DNA of 20,000 bases from IMG/VR virus record IMGVR_UViG_3300044974_000598, one strand, 5' to 3'. The position numbers and the translations under genes were made by a program. Under the pieces are notes generated by a model. The model did no database searches. It saw only the letters and a program-made list of their open reading frames with translations, and was not told where the DNA came from. This DNA comes from an uncultured virus (IMG/VR IMGVR_UViG_3300044974_000598). Taxonomy: Duplodnaviria > Heunggongvirae > Uroviricota > Caudoviricetes. The stretch's first letter is position 1. Every line of letters begins with the position of its first letter. This document shows, in pieces, positions 1 through 7,786 of this stretch.

Positions 1-1
1 A

Positions 2-136
2 GAACAAGTTCAAGTATTAATGAACTATGCTAACGAGCAATTACCAACTAAATATGGTAAAGAAATACTAGGATTCATTGAGAAAGTAGCCATCGACCTA
101 GACAAAGCTCAAGTTACAGAGGCAATTGCTGAATAA
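2..136 (+). CDS. 3' end of small phage hypothetical protein (partial)
   Basis: Open frame from base 2: EQVQVLMNYANEQLPTKYGKEILGFIEKVAIDLDKAQVTEAIAE*, TAA at 134-136. Overlaps the convergent glycosyltransferase by 23 bp. Not in the ORF track because it is truncated. Confidence 0.7.
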   Translation, partial: EQVQVLMNYANEQLPTKYGKEILGFIEKVAIDLDKAQVTEAIAE

Positions 137-2165
137 CCATTTCGGGTGTGATACTCGTTTGGCACTCAAACATTCTCTCAGTCCCCTTATGATGCGGGCA
201 GAAATTAAAATCTCCCGCATCGAATTTAATCTTAGGGTCATTCCAACAATTTGTACATACATTGTTATTGCGGGGTCTGATGCAGTCAAACTCGTGGTCA
301 GCTTCTGTAAAGGCTGAAATCATTACCACCTTTTTACCAAGCCCAAAGGCTAACCAACTCAAGCCTGATGATAAACCGACCATGTACTCGGAGTGATGGA
401 TAACAGACATGGTATTTTCTATGCTTGTATCTTCTAATTGGTAGCAGTTTTCAAATGGATTACGTTCTTTGGACGTATTTATGACCTTGTAGCCTATTTC
501 GTGCAAATGGTTAATAACTTTAGCCCAAGCACTTTTGGTCCAAAATTTAAGCCCCGCAGTGCTATTTGTGGCGATTGTGACATACTTACCATACTTATTT
601 TCCCCAATATCGTACTTTAAGCGTGGTTTTAGCTCCACATAATCCAATCCAAGGATATTACTAGCTGATTGTTGCAAGGGAATGGTATTGCAAAGGGTAG
701 GTTCTTTATCCTCATTCCAATGCCATCCCAAAGTGTACATAGCATAACATCCTATCATTGTCCCCGGCTCTACAAATTCAATCTCTGGATAGTCCAATAT
801 CTTATTCCAAAATGTACTGCAAACTACCGTACAATTATGCTTGTTTCTAAACTCTTCCACATATGGAATCCACGCCAATGTATCACCCAAACTTTTACTA
901 TCAATGGCTATAAACACTTTCTTCCCTTCTAAGTCCAAGCTGTTATTATAAATTAAGTCTTTGCCCTCGAAAACACGCGTTCTCCATTTTGTGTACCACT
1001 GCCTATTTAATCGTACCCAATGGTTTGCTTTTATAGTATTTTGGTAATATATACTACCTTTTTCGTCTAAAAATTGAACTAAAAAGTCGCTATCACTATT
1101 GCCTTTAATCTCCAAAAATGGCGAATTGACAAAATGTTGCGATATGGAAACAGCTTGCTTTTTGATTGGTATTTTCATAAGAACCTCATACATTTTTTTA
1201 TGCTCTAGTGCAAAGTTTCTTGAATTGTTACTATTTGGTATTTTATAATCTCTGGTAATGGTATTTAAATTAGAATCTAGGGGCTTTAAATACTTATCTA
1301 AGGTTCCTGCATAAGCGGGTAAGTTATTGGCTACAATAGGCAAACCAACTTCAATAGCATGACGCAAAGACAAAGGAGAACATTCATTGGTAGATGGGAA
1401 AATAAATATATCAGCAGCTTGCAACAAAGTATCTATATCACTTCTCTCACCAAGAACTTTAAAATTAGATGGTAAATCTTTGATTAATTCTTCCCAATAG
1501 AATTGAAAATTACCAGCCAAATTACCAGCTACCACAAAATCTATATTAGGATATTTACGAGCAATAGCAATGGTTTCTTTTTGGTTTTTTTGTGGAGTCC
1601 ATAATCCCACTTGCAAAACTGTCTTTCTATCCAAGGCAAACCCTACTTCTTTCTTAGCTTTAATCCTCATATCCTTTGTTACTTTCTTTTCTTCTATTGG
1701 ATATTGAATTGTAAAGTATAAAGATTCCATATTTTGGTAAACGTCCTCATGAAAAGGAGTGCAAAAAGCATAAAGGTCTGGGTGGTAAATCTTTTCTGCG
1801 TCAGGGTTAAATATGTTGTCATGAGGCGTTTCAACGATATATAATTGTCTATCATTTCTATATAAGGCAGTTGCAAGTTCCTTTGGTAATCTCTCTGCCA
1901 CATCTTCAATATGAACCACATCAGGCTTAATCTCATTGATAATATCCATTACTCGCATTTTGTTCAAACCAGCCTCATAAAATCTATCTCCAAGTATTTT
2001 AATTACTTGATTCCTTTGAACCACAAAATCAGCCCCATGAAAATTAAGCTCAATACAATACATCTCTACATTTTCAGTATGCTTTAATATTTCTTGAATT
2101 CTTTTTAAGGCAAATTGGGGCATACCACCCGTACTCAACGAAGGGCAAAGTAATACTATCTTCAT
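114..2165 (-). CDS. Fusion of N-terminal GT4 (RfaB-like) glycosyltransferase and C-terminal TibC/Aah-type autotransporter O-heptosyltransferase (GT9-like)
   Basis: GT4 motifs: LSTGGMPQF, VGLWTPQKNQ, LLQAADIFIFPSTNECSPLSLRHAIEVGLPIV. Heptosyltransferase motifs: SKSLGDTLAWIPY, VGLSSGLSWLAFGLGKKVVMISAFT, and iron-finger CTNCWN...DFNFCPHHKGTERMFEC. Confidence 0.88.
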   Translation of the reverse strand: MKIVLLCPSLSTGGMPQFALKRIQEILKHTENVEMYCIELNFHGADFVVQRNQVIKILGDRFYEAGLNKMRVMDIINEIKPDVVHIEDVAERLPKELATALYRNDRQLYIVETPHDNIFNPDAEKIYHPDLYAFCTPFHEDVYQNMESLYFTIQYPIEEKKVTKDMRIKAKKEVGFALDRKTVLQVGLWTPQKNQKETIAIARKYPNIDFVVAGNLAGNFQFYWEELIKDLPSNFKVLGERSDIDTLLQAADIFIFPSTNECSPLSLRHAIEVGLPIVANNLPAYAGTLDKYLKPLDSNLNTITRDYKIPNSNNSRNFALEHKKMYEVLMKIPIKKQAVSISQHFVNSPFLEIKGNSDSDFLVQFLDEKGSIYYQNTIKANHWVRLNRQWYTKWRTRVFEGKDLIYNNSLDLEGKKVFIAIDSKSLGDTLAWIPYVEEFRNKHNCTVVCSTFWNKILDYPEIEFVEPGTMIGCYAMYTLGWHWNEDKEPTLCNTIPLQQSASNILGLDYVELKPRLKYDIGENKYGKYVTIATNSTAGLKFWTKSAWAKVINHLHEIGYKVINTSKERNPFENCYQLEDTSIENTMSVIHHSEYMVGLSSGLSWLAFGLGKKVVMISAFTEADHEFDCIRPRNNNVCTNCWNDPKIKFDAGDFNFCPHHKGTERMFECQTSITPEMVIQQLPL

Positions 2166-3523
2166 AACTTTAAATATTCTATAAATTCATTAATCTTATT
2201 TATATCTTTTTCTCCATGGTAAAAAAGTAAATCATCTTTTTGTGCTGGCACTTTAAACCATTCACCCATAAAGTATTCATATCCTTTAAACTCAAGACCC
2301 TTGCGTAATCCATTAACATAAACTAATGGCATACCTCTATGAAATCTGTACTTCCAGCGCAAAATATTTTGAATGCTCTCCTCATTAAAAGGTGCGTACT
2401 TGGCGTTATCTTCTAATATTCTAGGGTGATTACACATCCACGCCCATTCATCTAAAAACCATATAGATTTTTGACCACAAACAAAATATCCTGTTTGCCT
2501 ATAATTTTCTCTTGATTCTTTTTGGTCTACATCAAATAATTTACAAGCTTCATATTCAAGAGTAGTATGCATTTCATCTCTACTAGCGGCACCACCACGA
2601 CCATTGATAATAAGATAATCATAAATACCAGCTGTAAAGAACGGATAAATATCTGCGCCATTATAATAATCAAATATTCTATCTACATAAGGACTAGCTA
2701 CACTATCTGTGTCCACATAAGCCACCACATCAGCATATTTCAAAGCATCTTTTACAATCTTAGGTCTTTCAATTAATAGTTTATATATCTGCTTATCTTC
2801 TCTAACTATGTAGTCATTACGCTTGTTTAAATGCTTTACATCACAATCCCATCTTTTGGTAATGGTATTTTCTACTAATACCTTATTGTACGAGTTAAGC
2901 ATATAAACATAAATAGGATAAGTGCTAAAATTTCTAATGGAACGACAACAAGCATCCACAAGGTCATAATAGGAATCATCAGCATAAAGGACGTAAGCTT
3001 TCTCATGTTTTTGTTTTTTATTTGTGTAATAACCATAAAAATTATTGCCATAAAGCAGTTCTAAATCAGGGTATCTTTCTAGCATTATTTCAGGCGTAAG
3101 GTCAGGCTGTAAGTGGGTTTCATGGACATTGCCTTCATACTCACCTTGTTCCATAACATAAGGCACAGCTACAAGATATTGTTTACCTTTTATCTTTAAA
3201 AAATTCATGAGCCATTGGGCATCTTCCACAGACAGATGTTCCAAAACATCACCCAATATATAAAAATCATAGGCTCCAAGTACATCAAGGGGAATTTTAA
3301 GGACATTCTCTTCATAAACCCACCCATACTTATTCTTTAACCCATATTGGTTTATGTATGGCTCCCATATTTCTACCGCATCCATTTTATAACCATAACC
3401 ACGAATCAAATCACTATAAGTACCACATCCTGCTCCTATATCTAATATAGTAGTATCTAAGGGGATATTTTGCAAAAACCAATTTCGGACAGAATCTTTA
3501 TAGAGAGGGTAGCTTGTAGGCAT
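2162..3523 (-). CDS. Fusion of class I SAM-dependent methyltransferase and GT-A fold glycosyltransferase
   Basis: N-terminal ILDIGAGCG (motif I), DAVEIW, ILGDVLEHL. C-terminal AYVDTDSV (DxD), QTGYFV, FNEESIQN and terminal FYHGEK. Confidence 0.8.
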   Translation of the reverse strand: MPTSYPLYKDSVRNWFLQNIPLDTTILDIGAGCGTYSDLIRGYGYKMDAVEIWEPYINQYGLKNKYGWVYEENVLKIPLDVLGAYDFYILGDVLEHLSVEDAQWLMNFLKIKGKQYLVAVPYVMEQGEYEGNVHETHLQPDLTPEIMLERYPDLELLYGNNFYGYYTNKKQKHEKAYVLYADDSYYDLVDACCRSIRNFSTYPIYVYMLNSYNKVLVENTITKRWDCDVKHLNKRNDYIVREDKQIYKLLIERPKIVKDALKYADVVAYVDTDSVASPYVDRIFDYYNGADIYPFFTAGIYDYLIINGRGGAASRDEMHTTLEYEACKLFDVDQKESRENYRQTGYFVCGQKSIWFLDEWAWMCNHPRILEDNAKYAPFNEESIQNILRWKYRFHRGMPLVYVNGLRKGLEFKGYEYFMGEWFKVPAQKDDLLFYHGEKDINKINEFIEYLKL

Positions 3524-3535
3524 AGTTTATTTGTT

Positions 3536-3772
3536 TTAGTTATAAGTTTTGTTGTAGTATTCTAATGGTTCATATTTATCTTCTGTCCATCCTGCATCAC
3601 CATGCCCTTGTTGATATGCATTTAATATCTGCTCTTTTTCTTTTTCAAGTGCTTCTAATGCCATATTCGTTGCTGCAAATAATGCAGATGACATTACCAA
3701 ATTATTTTCATTATCTAATTGTTTTTGAATTTTATCTAATCTTTCAATTAGTTCTTGCATTGCTGTTTTCAT
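3536..3772 (-). CDS. Small phage hypothetical protein, MKTAxQEL...EKEKEQI...YYNxTYN family
   Basis: 78 aa ORF, paralog of 3776-4090, A-rich start context. Confidence 0.8.
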   Translation of the reverse strand: MKTAMQELIERLDKIQKQLDNENNLVMSSALFAATNMALEALEKEKEQILNAYQQGHGDAGWTEDKYEPLEYYNKTYN

Positions 3773-3775
3773 AAG

Positions 3776-4090
3776 TTATTTGTTTTGGTTATTTTTATTC
3801 ATTTTATTCCATATAAAATCTTCCATTAATTCTTTTTGCTTTTTAAGATATTCTTCACTTGGTTGATATTCTTTTTTAGGCTCTTGGTTATAGGTTTGGT
3901 TGTAGTATTGTGTCCAATGTCCACCACCTAACATTGATGATGTACTACCATTTCTAAAAGCATCTGCTATCTGCTCTTTTTCTTTTTCAATATATAATTG
4001 TAATACTTTAATTATATCATCTTTAGTATAACTATAAAATGGATGATTATTTTTATAAAATTCAATTAATTCTTGTACTGCTGTTTTCAT
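3776..4090 (-). CDS. Small phage hypothetical protein, MKTAxQEL...EKEKEQI...YYNxTYN family
   Basis: 104 aa ORF sharing the N-terminus, EKEKEQI and YYNQTYN blocks with 3536-3772. Confidence 0.8.
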   Translation of the reverse strand: MKTAVQELIEFYKNNHPFYSYTKDDIIKVLQLYIEKEKEQIADAFRNGSTSSMLGGGHWTQYYNQTYNQEPKKEYQPSEEYLKKQKELMEDFIWNKMNKNNQNK

Positions 4091-4112
4091 AGGTTATTTG
4101 TTTTGGTTACCA

Positions 4113-4120
4113 CAAAGCTA
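4113..4120 (-). promoter_or_regulatory. Bacteroidota sigma-ABfr -7 promoter box TAGCTTTG (leftward operon)
   Basis: Matches TAnnTTTG and lies 22 nt upstream of the ATG at 4090 in the divergent intergenic gap. Confidence 0.7.
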
Positions 4121-4125
4121 TGGAA

Positions 4126-4138
4126 TTAATTTAATTAA
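4126..4138. promoter_or_regulatory. Palindrome TTAATT-T-AATTAA, putative operator or activator site
   Basis: Same 13-mer at 4558-4570 and 17021-17033, each next to a -7-like box. Confidence 0.5.
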
Positions 4139-4162
4139 ATTAATGATTAATGGTAAAAATCT

Positions 4163-4170
4163 TATCTTTA
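4163..4170 (+). promoter_or_regulatory. Variant -7 box TATCTTTA, possibly driving a leaderless transcript
   Basis: One mismatch to TAnnTTTG, ending 4 nt before ATG 4175. Confidence 0.4.
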
Positions 4171-4174
4171 GCCC

Positions 4175-4552
4175 ATGAAAATAGAAGTCAGCATCGGTGA
4201 AGTGGTGGACAAATATACCATCCTAACCATAAAAAAGCTTTTAATACACGATACAGAAAAGCTTATAAACATAGATAAAGAGTGGAAAATGGTAAAAAAC
4301 GCCCTCCACAAGAAACACTCAGTCATTTTAATAGACCCCCTAGTCCAAGAGCTTTATTCCATAAACAAAAAACTATGGGCAGTAGAAGATAGCTTAAGGG
4401 ACTATGAACACAAAAAAGACTTTGGAGAGAAGTTCGTAGAACTAGCTAGAGAGGTTTACCAATTAAACGATGTCAGAGCCATCATCAAAAAACAAATCAA
4501 TACAAAATACGGCTCAGAACTAACCGAAGAAAAATCTTATAAAGAATATTAG
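4175..4552 (+). CDS. DUF6165-like helical protein (family often found beside GT9 glycosyltransferases)
   Basis: SIGEVVDKYTILTIK, INKKLWAVEDSLR, FVELAREVYQLNDVRAIIKKQIN, GSELTEEKSY match the family pattern as recalled. Confidence 0.75.
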   Translation: MKIEVSIGEVVDKYTILTIKKLLIHDTEKLINIDKEWKMVKNALHKKHSVILIDPLVQELYSINKKLWAVEDSLRDYEHKKDFGEKFVELAREVYQLNDVRAIIKKQINTKYGSELTEEKSYKEY

Positions 4553-4557
4553 GTTTA

Positions 4558-4579
4558 TTAATTTAATTAAATAACTTTG
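4558..4579 (+). promoter_or_regulatory. TTAATTTAATTAA palindrome plus -7 box TAACTTTG
   Basis: Perfect TAnnTTTG at 4572-4579, 11 nt upstream of ATG 4591. Confidence 0.7.
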
Positions 4580-4590
4580 CTAAAAAAAGT

Positions 4591-5553
4591 ATGAACCTTA
4601 GATTCGTATCAGCATCTCCGGCTATAAAATATTACGCATGGCAAGTTGAGGTGCTTCTTAGCAATTTTATTGAGATGGGCATCAATTTAAACCAAGTAGA
4701 CATCGTTTGTTGGAAGCAAACCGAAGAAGTACCCGAAGAATGGCAAAAGCTAGCTAATGGCTATCCTGCTAGATTCTTTTTTTATGATGACACTAGAGAA
4801 ACTAGACATTACATTTCTTCCATCCGTCCCAACATCTTAAAGCAACACTTTACAAATTATCCAGAACTAGAGAAAGAAGCCATACTTTATCATGACTGCG
4901 ATATCGTATTTACCAAACCAATAAATTGGGAACAATATCTTCAAGATAATAAATGGTACGGAAGTGATTGCAGATGGTACATAGGCCACGACTACATAAT
5001 TTCCAAAGGAGAAGACATATTAGATAAAATGTGCGAAATAGTAGACATAGACAAGCAATTAGTAAAAGATAACGAACTAAATGCAATAGGCGCTCAATAC
5101 TTAATGAAAGGAATCAACGCTCAATTTTGGGCTAATGTAGAAAAAGATTGCGAGAGATTATTCAAAGAAATTACTGATTTAAATAACGAAAAAATTGAAT
5201 TAGATAGACATACAATGCCTGAAGGTGAAGCTAGACAACCTTATCATCCTTTACAAATATGGTGTAGTGATATGTGGGCCGTTTTATGGAATGGCTGGAA
5301 ACTAGGATACGAAACTATTTGCCATCCCGATTTAGAATTTGCATGGGCAACAAGTACAGAAGCTGATTGGGATAGATTAAATATCTTCCACAACGCTGGG
5401 GTCACAGATGCAGCAGGTGGATTATTTTACAAAGCAATTTATATGAATGAACTTCCTTATAATAAAAACCTAGAAATAAAAGACGGAACTGCATCTAAAA
5501 AATATTATGAAATTATTCAAAAACTAGAAAAAAAGTCTGTGTTATGTCATTAG
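4591..5553 (+). CDS. GT-A glycosyltransferase resembling plant HPAT (GT95) / SERGT (GT96) protein O-glycosyltransferases
   Basis: YYAWQVEVLLSNF, YISSIRPNILKQHF, ILYHDCDIVFTKP (DxD) and WCSDMWAV parallel the SERGT/HPAT motifs YxxWQ, YxxxNKP, DxD and WxxEMY. Confidence 0.65.
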   Translation: MNLRFVSASPAIKYYAWQVEVLLSNFIEMGINLNQVDIVCWKQTEEVPEEWQKLANGYPARFFFYDDTRETRHYISSIRPNILKQHFTNYPELEKEAILYHDCDIVFTKPINWEQYLQDNKWYGSDCRWYIGHDYIISKGEDILDKMCEIVDIDKQLVKDNELNAIGAQYLMKGINAQFWANVEKDCERLFKEITDLNNEKIELDRHTMPEGEARQPYHPLQIWCSDMWAVLWNGWKLGYETICHPDLEFAWATSTEADWDRLNIFHNAGVTDAAGGLFYKAIYMNELPYNKNLEIKDGTASKKYYEIIQKLEKKSVLCH

Positions 5554-6995
5554 TAAATGAATTATACAATAATGGCGATGTTGTTATTAATATAAAAGGT
5601 AATCAGTTTGGCGGCTTGTTAAAAATGGGTGATTTAATCGCAACATTAAATGTATTGGCATATATAAGAAAAGTTAATAATAACCCAAGTATAAAATTTT
5701 ATATTCCTGATACAGCTTTGCAAAATGATAAAGATTATGTAAGAATATTTAGAGATTTTGTAATGGAAAATTCGGATTATATTTCCAAAAGTATTGGCAA
5801 TTATGACTTTGCAGGGTTTGTTGAAATTTGGAGTTTTAGAGAAAATCATTTTGATTTAATTGAGATGTCTTCAAATTATAATTTAAAGAAAAAAATATGT
5901 ATATTCCCATTAATAGATGCTCATTATAATACAGAAAGAAATTTCTCTAACGAACTTTTACAAGATATTATTAATGATTATTCAATCAAAAAATTTAATG
6001 ATTATGAAAAATATATTTGTATAAAAGATTATTTACCGGAAAATATTTCAATAAATGGGTTTAAAATATCAAATGATTTTAAAAATAATTTACAGCATTT
6101 AGCGGATTGCGAATACTACATAGGCGGTGATACAGGAACATCTCATTTAGTTGGGGCAATGAATAATGATTCAAATAAAAAACTTATATTTTATTATTGT
6201 TATGGATATCATGGAGGCTGGGTAAGTAGTTTTACAGCACCATTTCATTATAATAAAGAAAATGTTAAGATGATTTATTTTAATGAAAAAATAAGAACGC
6301 ATGTCAATAAAAATGATTTAGCTATACTTGAAAATTTAATAATGCATAATCCAGTAAATCCTAAAACTAGATTAGGCAATAAGATGGATGGTGGCTATGT
6401 TATTATTGATGGGTATGATTACGACTTTATAATATCAGGAGGAGTTGGGCCAGATATTTCTTTTGAATTTGATTTTATGAAAAAATATAATATAAATGGT
6501 GTAATATTTGATTCAGAAAATTATAATCATATTTGCTTTCCAAATAAAATGATTTATATTAATAAAAATATTGATAGTGAAAATAATTTATTAGAATATG
6601 TACAAAATTACAAAAATATATTTTTAAAATTAGACATAGAAGGAGGAGAGTGGAATCTACTAAGTTCTGAATTTGTAAACTATTTAAATAATATAAAACA
6701 AATTGTTATTGAAGTGCATAATATATTTACCAATCCAGCAGCATTGGAAGGCCTTAAAAATTTAAGTAAAACACACCATATTGTTCATGTTCATGAAAAT
6801 AATAATTGCCATAGTTTTATACAAATTGGCGAAAATAATTATCCATATACTATAGAATTAACTTATTTAAGAAAAGATTGTCGAGTAGTCGGATTAAACC
6901 ATATTTCTTTACCAATAGAAGGTATAGACTTTCCTAATGCAAATTATGAAAACCATGACCTTAATTTTTATCCATTTAATATAAAAAACAATTAA
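5544..6995 (+). CDS. Fusion of GT9-like glycosyltransferase and FkbM/Methyltransf_22-like methyltransferase
   Basis: N-terminal KMGDLI and YYIGGDTGTSHLVGAM (GT9). C-terminal RLGNKMDGGYV, FLKLDIEGGEW, QIVIEVH, HVHENN, IELTYLRK. Confidence 0.78.
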   Translation: MSLVNELYNNGDVVINIKGNQFGGLLKMGDLIATLNVLAYIRKVNNNPSIKFYIPDTALQNDKDYVRIFRDFVMENSDYISKSIGNYDFAGFVEIWSFRENHFDLIEMSSNYNLKKKICIFPLIDAHYNTERNFSNELLQDIINDYSIKKFNDYEKYICIKDYLPENISINGFKISNDFKNNLQHLADCEYYIGGDTGTSHLVGAMNNDSNKKLIFYYCYGYHGGWVSSFTAPFHYNKENVKMIYFNEKIRTHVNKNDLAILENLIMHNPVNPKTRLGNKMDGGYVIIDGYDYDFIISGGVGPDISFEFDFMKKYNINGVIFDSENYNHICFPNKMIYINKNIDSENNLLEYVQNYKNIFLKLDIEGGEWNLLSSEFVNYLNNIKQIVIEVHNIFTNPAALEGLKNLSKTHHIVHVHENNNCHSFIQIGENNYPYTIELTYLRKDCRVVGLNHISLPIEGIDFPNANYENHDLNFYPFNIKNN

Positions 6996-7786
6996 TGAAA
7001 AAAGTAAGTTTTGTTTGTACTAGCTATAGAAGGTATTATTGCGTGAGAAGAATATTATCGCAGTTTTATGCTCAGACATATCCAAATAAGGAGTTAATAA
7101 TATTTAATACTGACAAGGAAAATCCGTATGAATTAGCTATTCAAGACCCAGCAGTAATTATAATTAACAATGGAATAGACTATCTAACTGGTAATCCATA
7201 CGAGAATCGAGGGCAAATATGTAGAGATGCAGTTACTCATGCAACGGGCGATTATTTTATGCTAGCTGATGATGATGATATTTACCTTCCATGGCATTTA
7301 GAACAAGCAGTAGATGGTATAGAGGCTAATGGTAAAGATGCGTGGAAACCAGAGATGAGCTTTTTTGCCACACCAGAAAGGCTTGAATTGGTAATGAATA
7401 CAATGGAAGCTAGTGTTATTGTTAAAATGGATAGAATAAGGGAGATAGGATTTAGAGTGGATAAAACCGGATTTGAAGGTTTAAGTTGGTACACTAAGCT
7501 AAGAGATGAAGGTCAGTTAGATGAGCATAATAAAGATTATTTACCATCATATTGCTTTAACTGGGGCGACCCATCAGAAGTAGCAGGTCATAAACAAAGT
7601 GGTGATATAGATAACCCAAATAATTTTGAAAATCATAAAAAAGCATCGGGCGATATTCCAACAGAATCATTAAAACCAATAACATCAAAAGAATTAGAAG
7701 ATACTTATGATAAATATTACAAGTACATTAATATAAATGCTTTCAAATTTAATGAAAACTACTACAAAAAATACTTTAAAAAATGA
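6995..7786 (+). CDS. GT2-family glycosyltransferase
   Basis: KVSFVCTSYRR, AQTYPNKELIIFN, ATGDYFMLADDDDIYLPWHLE. TAATG coupling to the upstream gene. Confidence 0.85.
   Translation: MKKVSFVCTSYRRYYCVRRILSQFYAQTYPNKELIIFNTDKENPYELAIQDPAVIIINNGIDYLTGNPYENRGQICRDAVTHATGDYFMLADDDDIYLPWHLEQAVDGIEANGKDAWKPEMSFFATPERLELVMNTMEASVIVKMDRIREIGFRVDKTGFEGLSWYTKLRDEGQLDEHNKDYLPSYCFNWGDPSEVAGHKQSGDIDNPNNFENHKKASGDIPTESLKPITSKELEDTYDKYYKYININAFKFNENYYKKYFKK

Larger units (their letters stand above)
3521..4108 (-). repeat. Three gene-junction direct repeats AAC(C/T)AAAACAAATAAnnTATG plus a 23-bp perfect internal repeat
   Basis: Junction copies at 3521-3541, 3770-3790 and 4088-4108. TATCTGCTCTTTTTCTTTTTCAA is identical at 3626-3648 and 3968-3990. 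Confidence 0.85.

Noticed and set aside
98..3774. Short ORFs 98-289, 126-317, 438-620, 669-932, 1694-1936, 2567-2776 and 3565-3774
   Set aside because: Antisense or out-of-frame shadows inside well-supported longer genes, with no motifs.
3521..4108. Repeats as a CRISPR array, attC cassette array or DGR template/variable repeat pair
   Set aside because: Spacing of about 250-320 bp, repeats are coding and non-palindromic, differences are not adenine-specific, and there is no cas, integrase or reverse transcriptase gene in the window.
114..7786. DNA hypermodification or bacterial LPS/capsule locus
   Set aside because: No hydroxymethylase, TET/JBP, flippase, polymerase or nucleotide-sugar genes in the window, and the context is phage. 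Disfavoured rather than excluded, since such genes could lie elsewhere.
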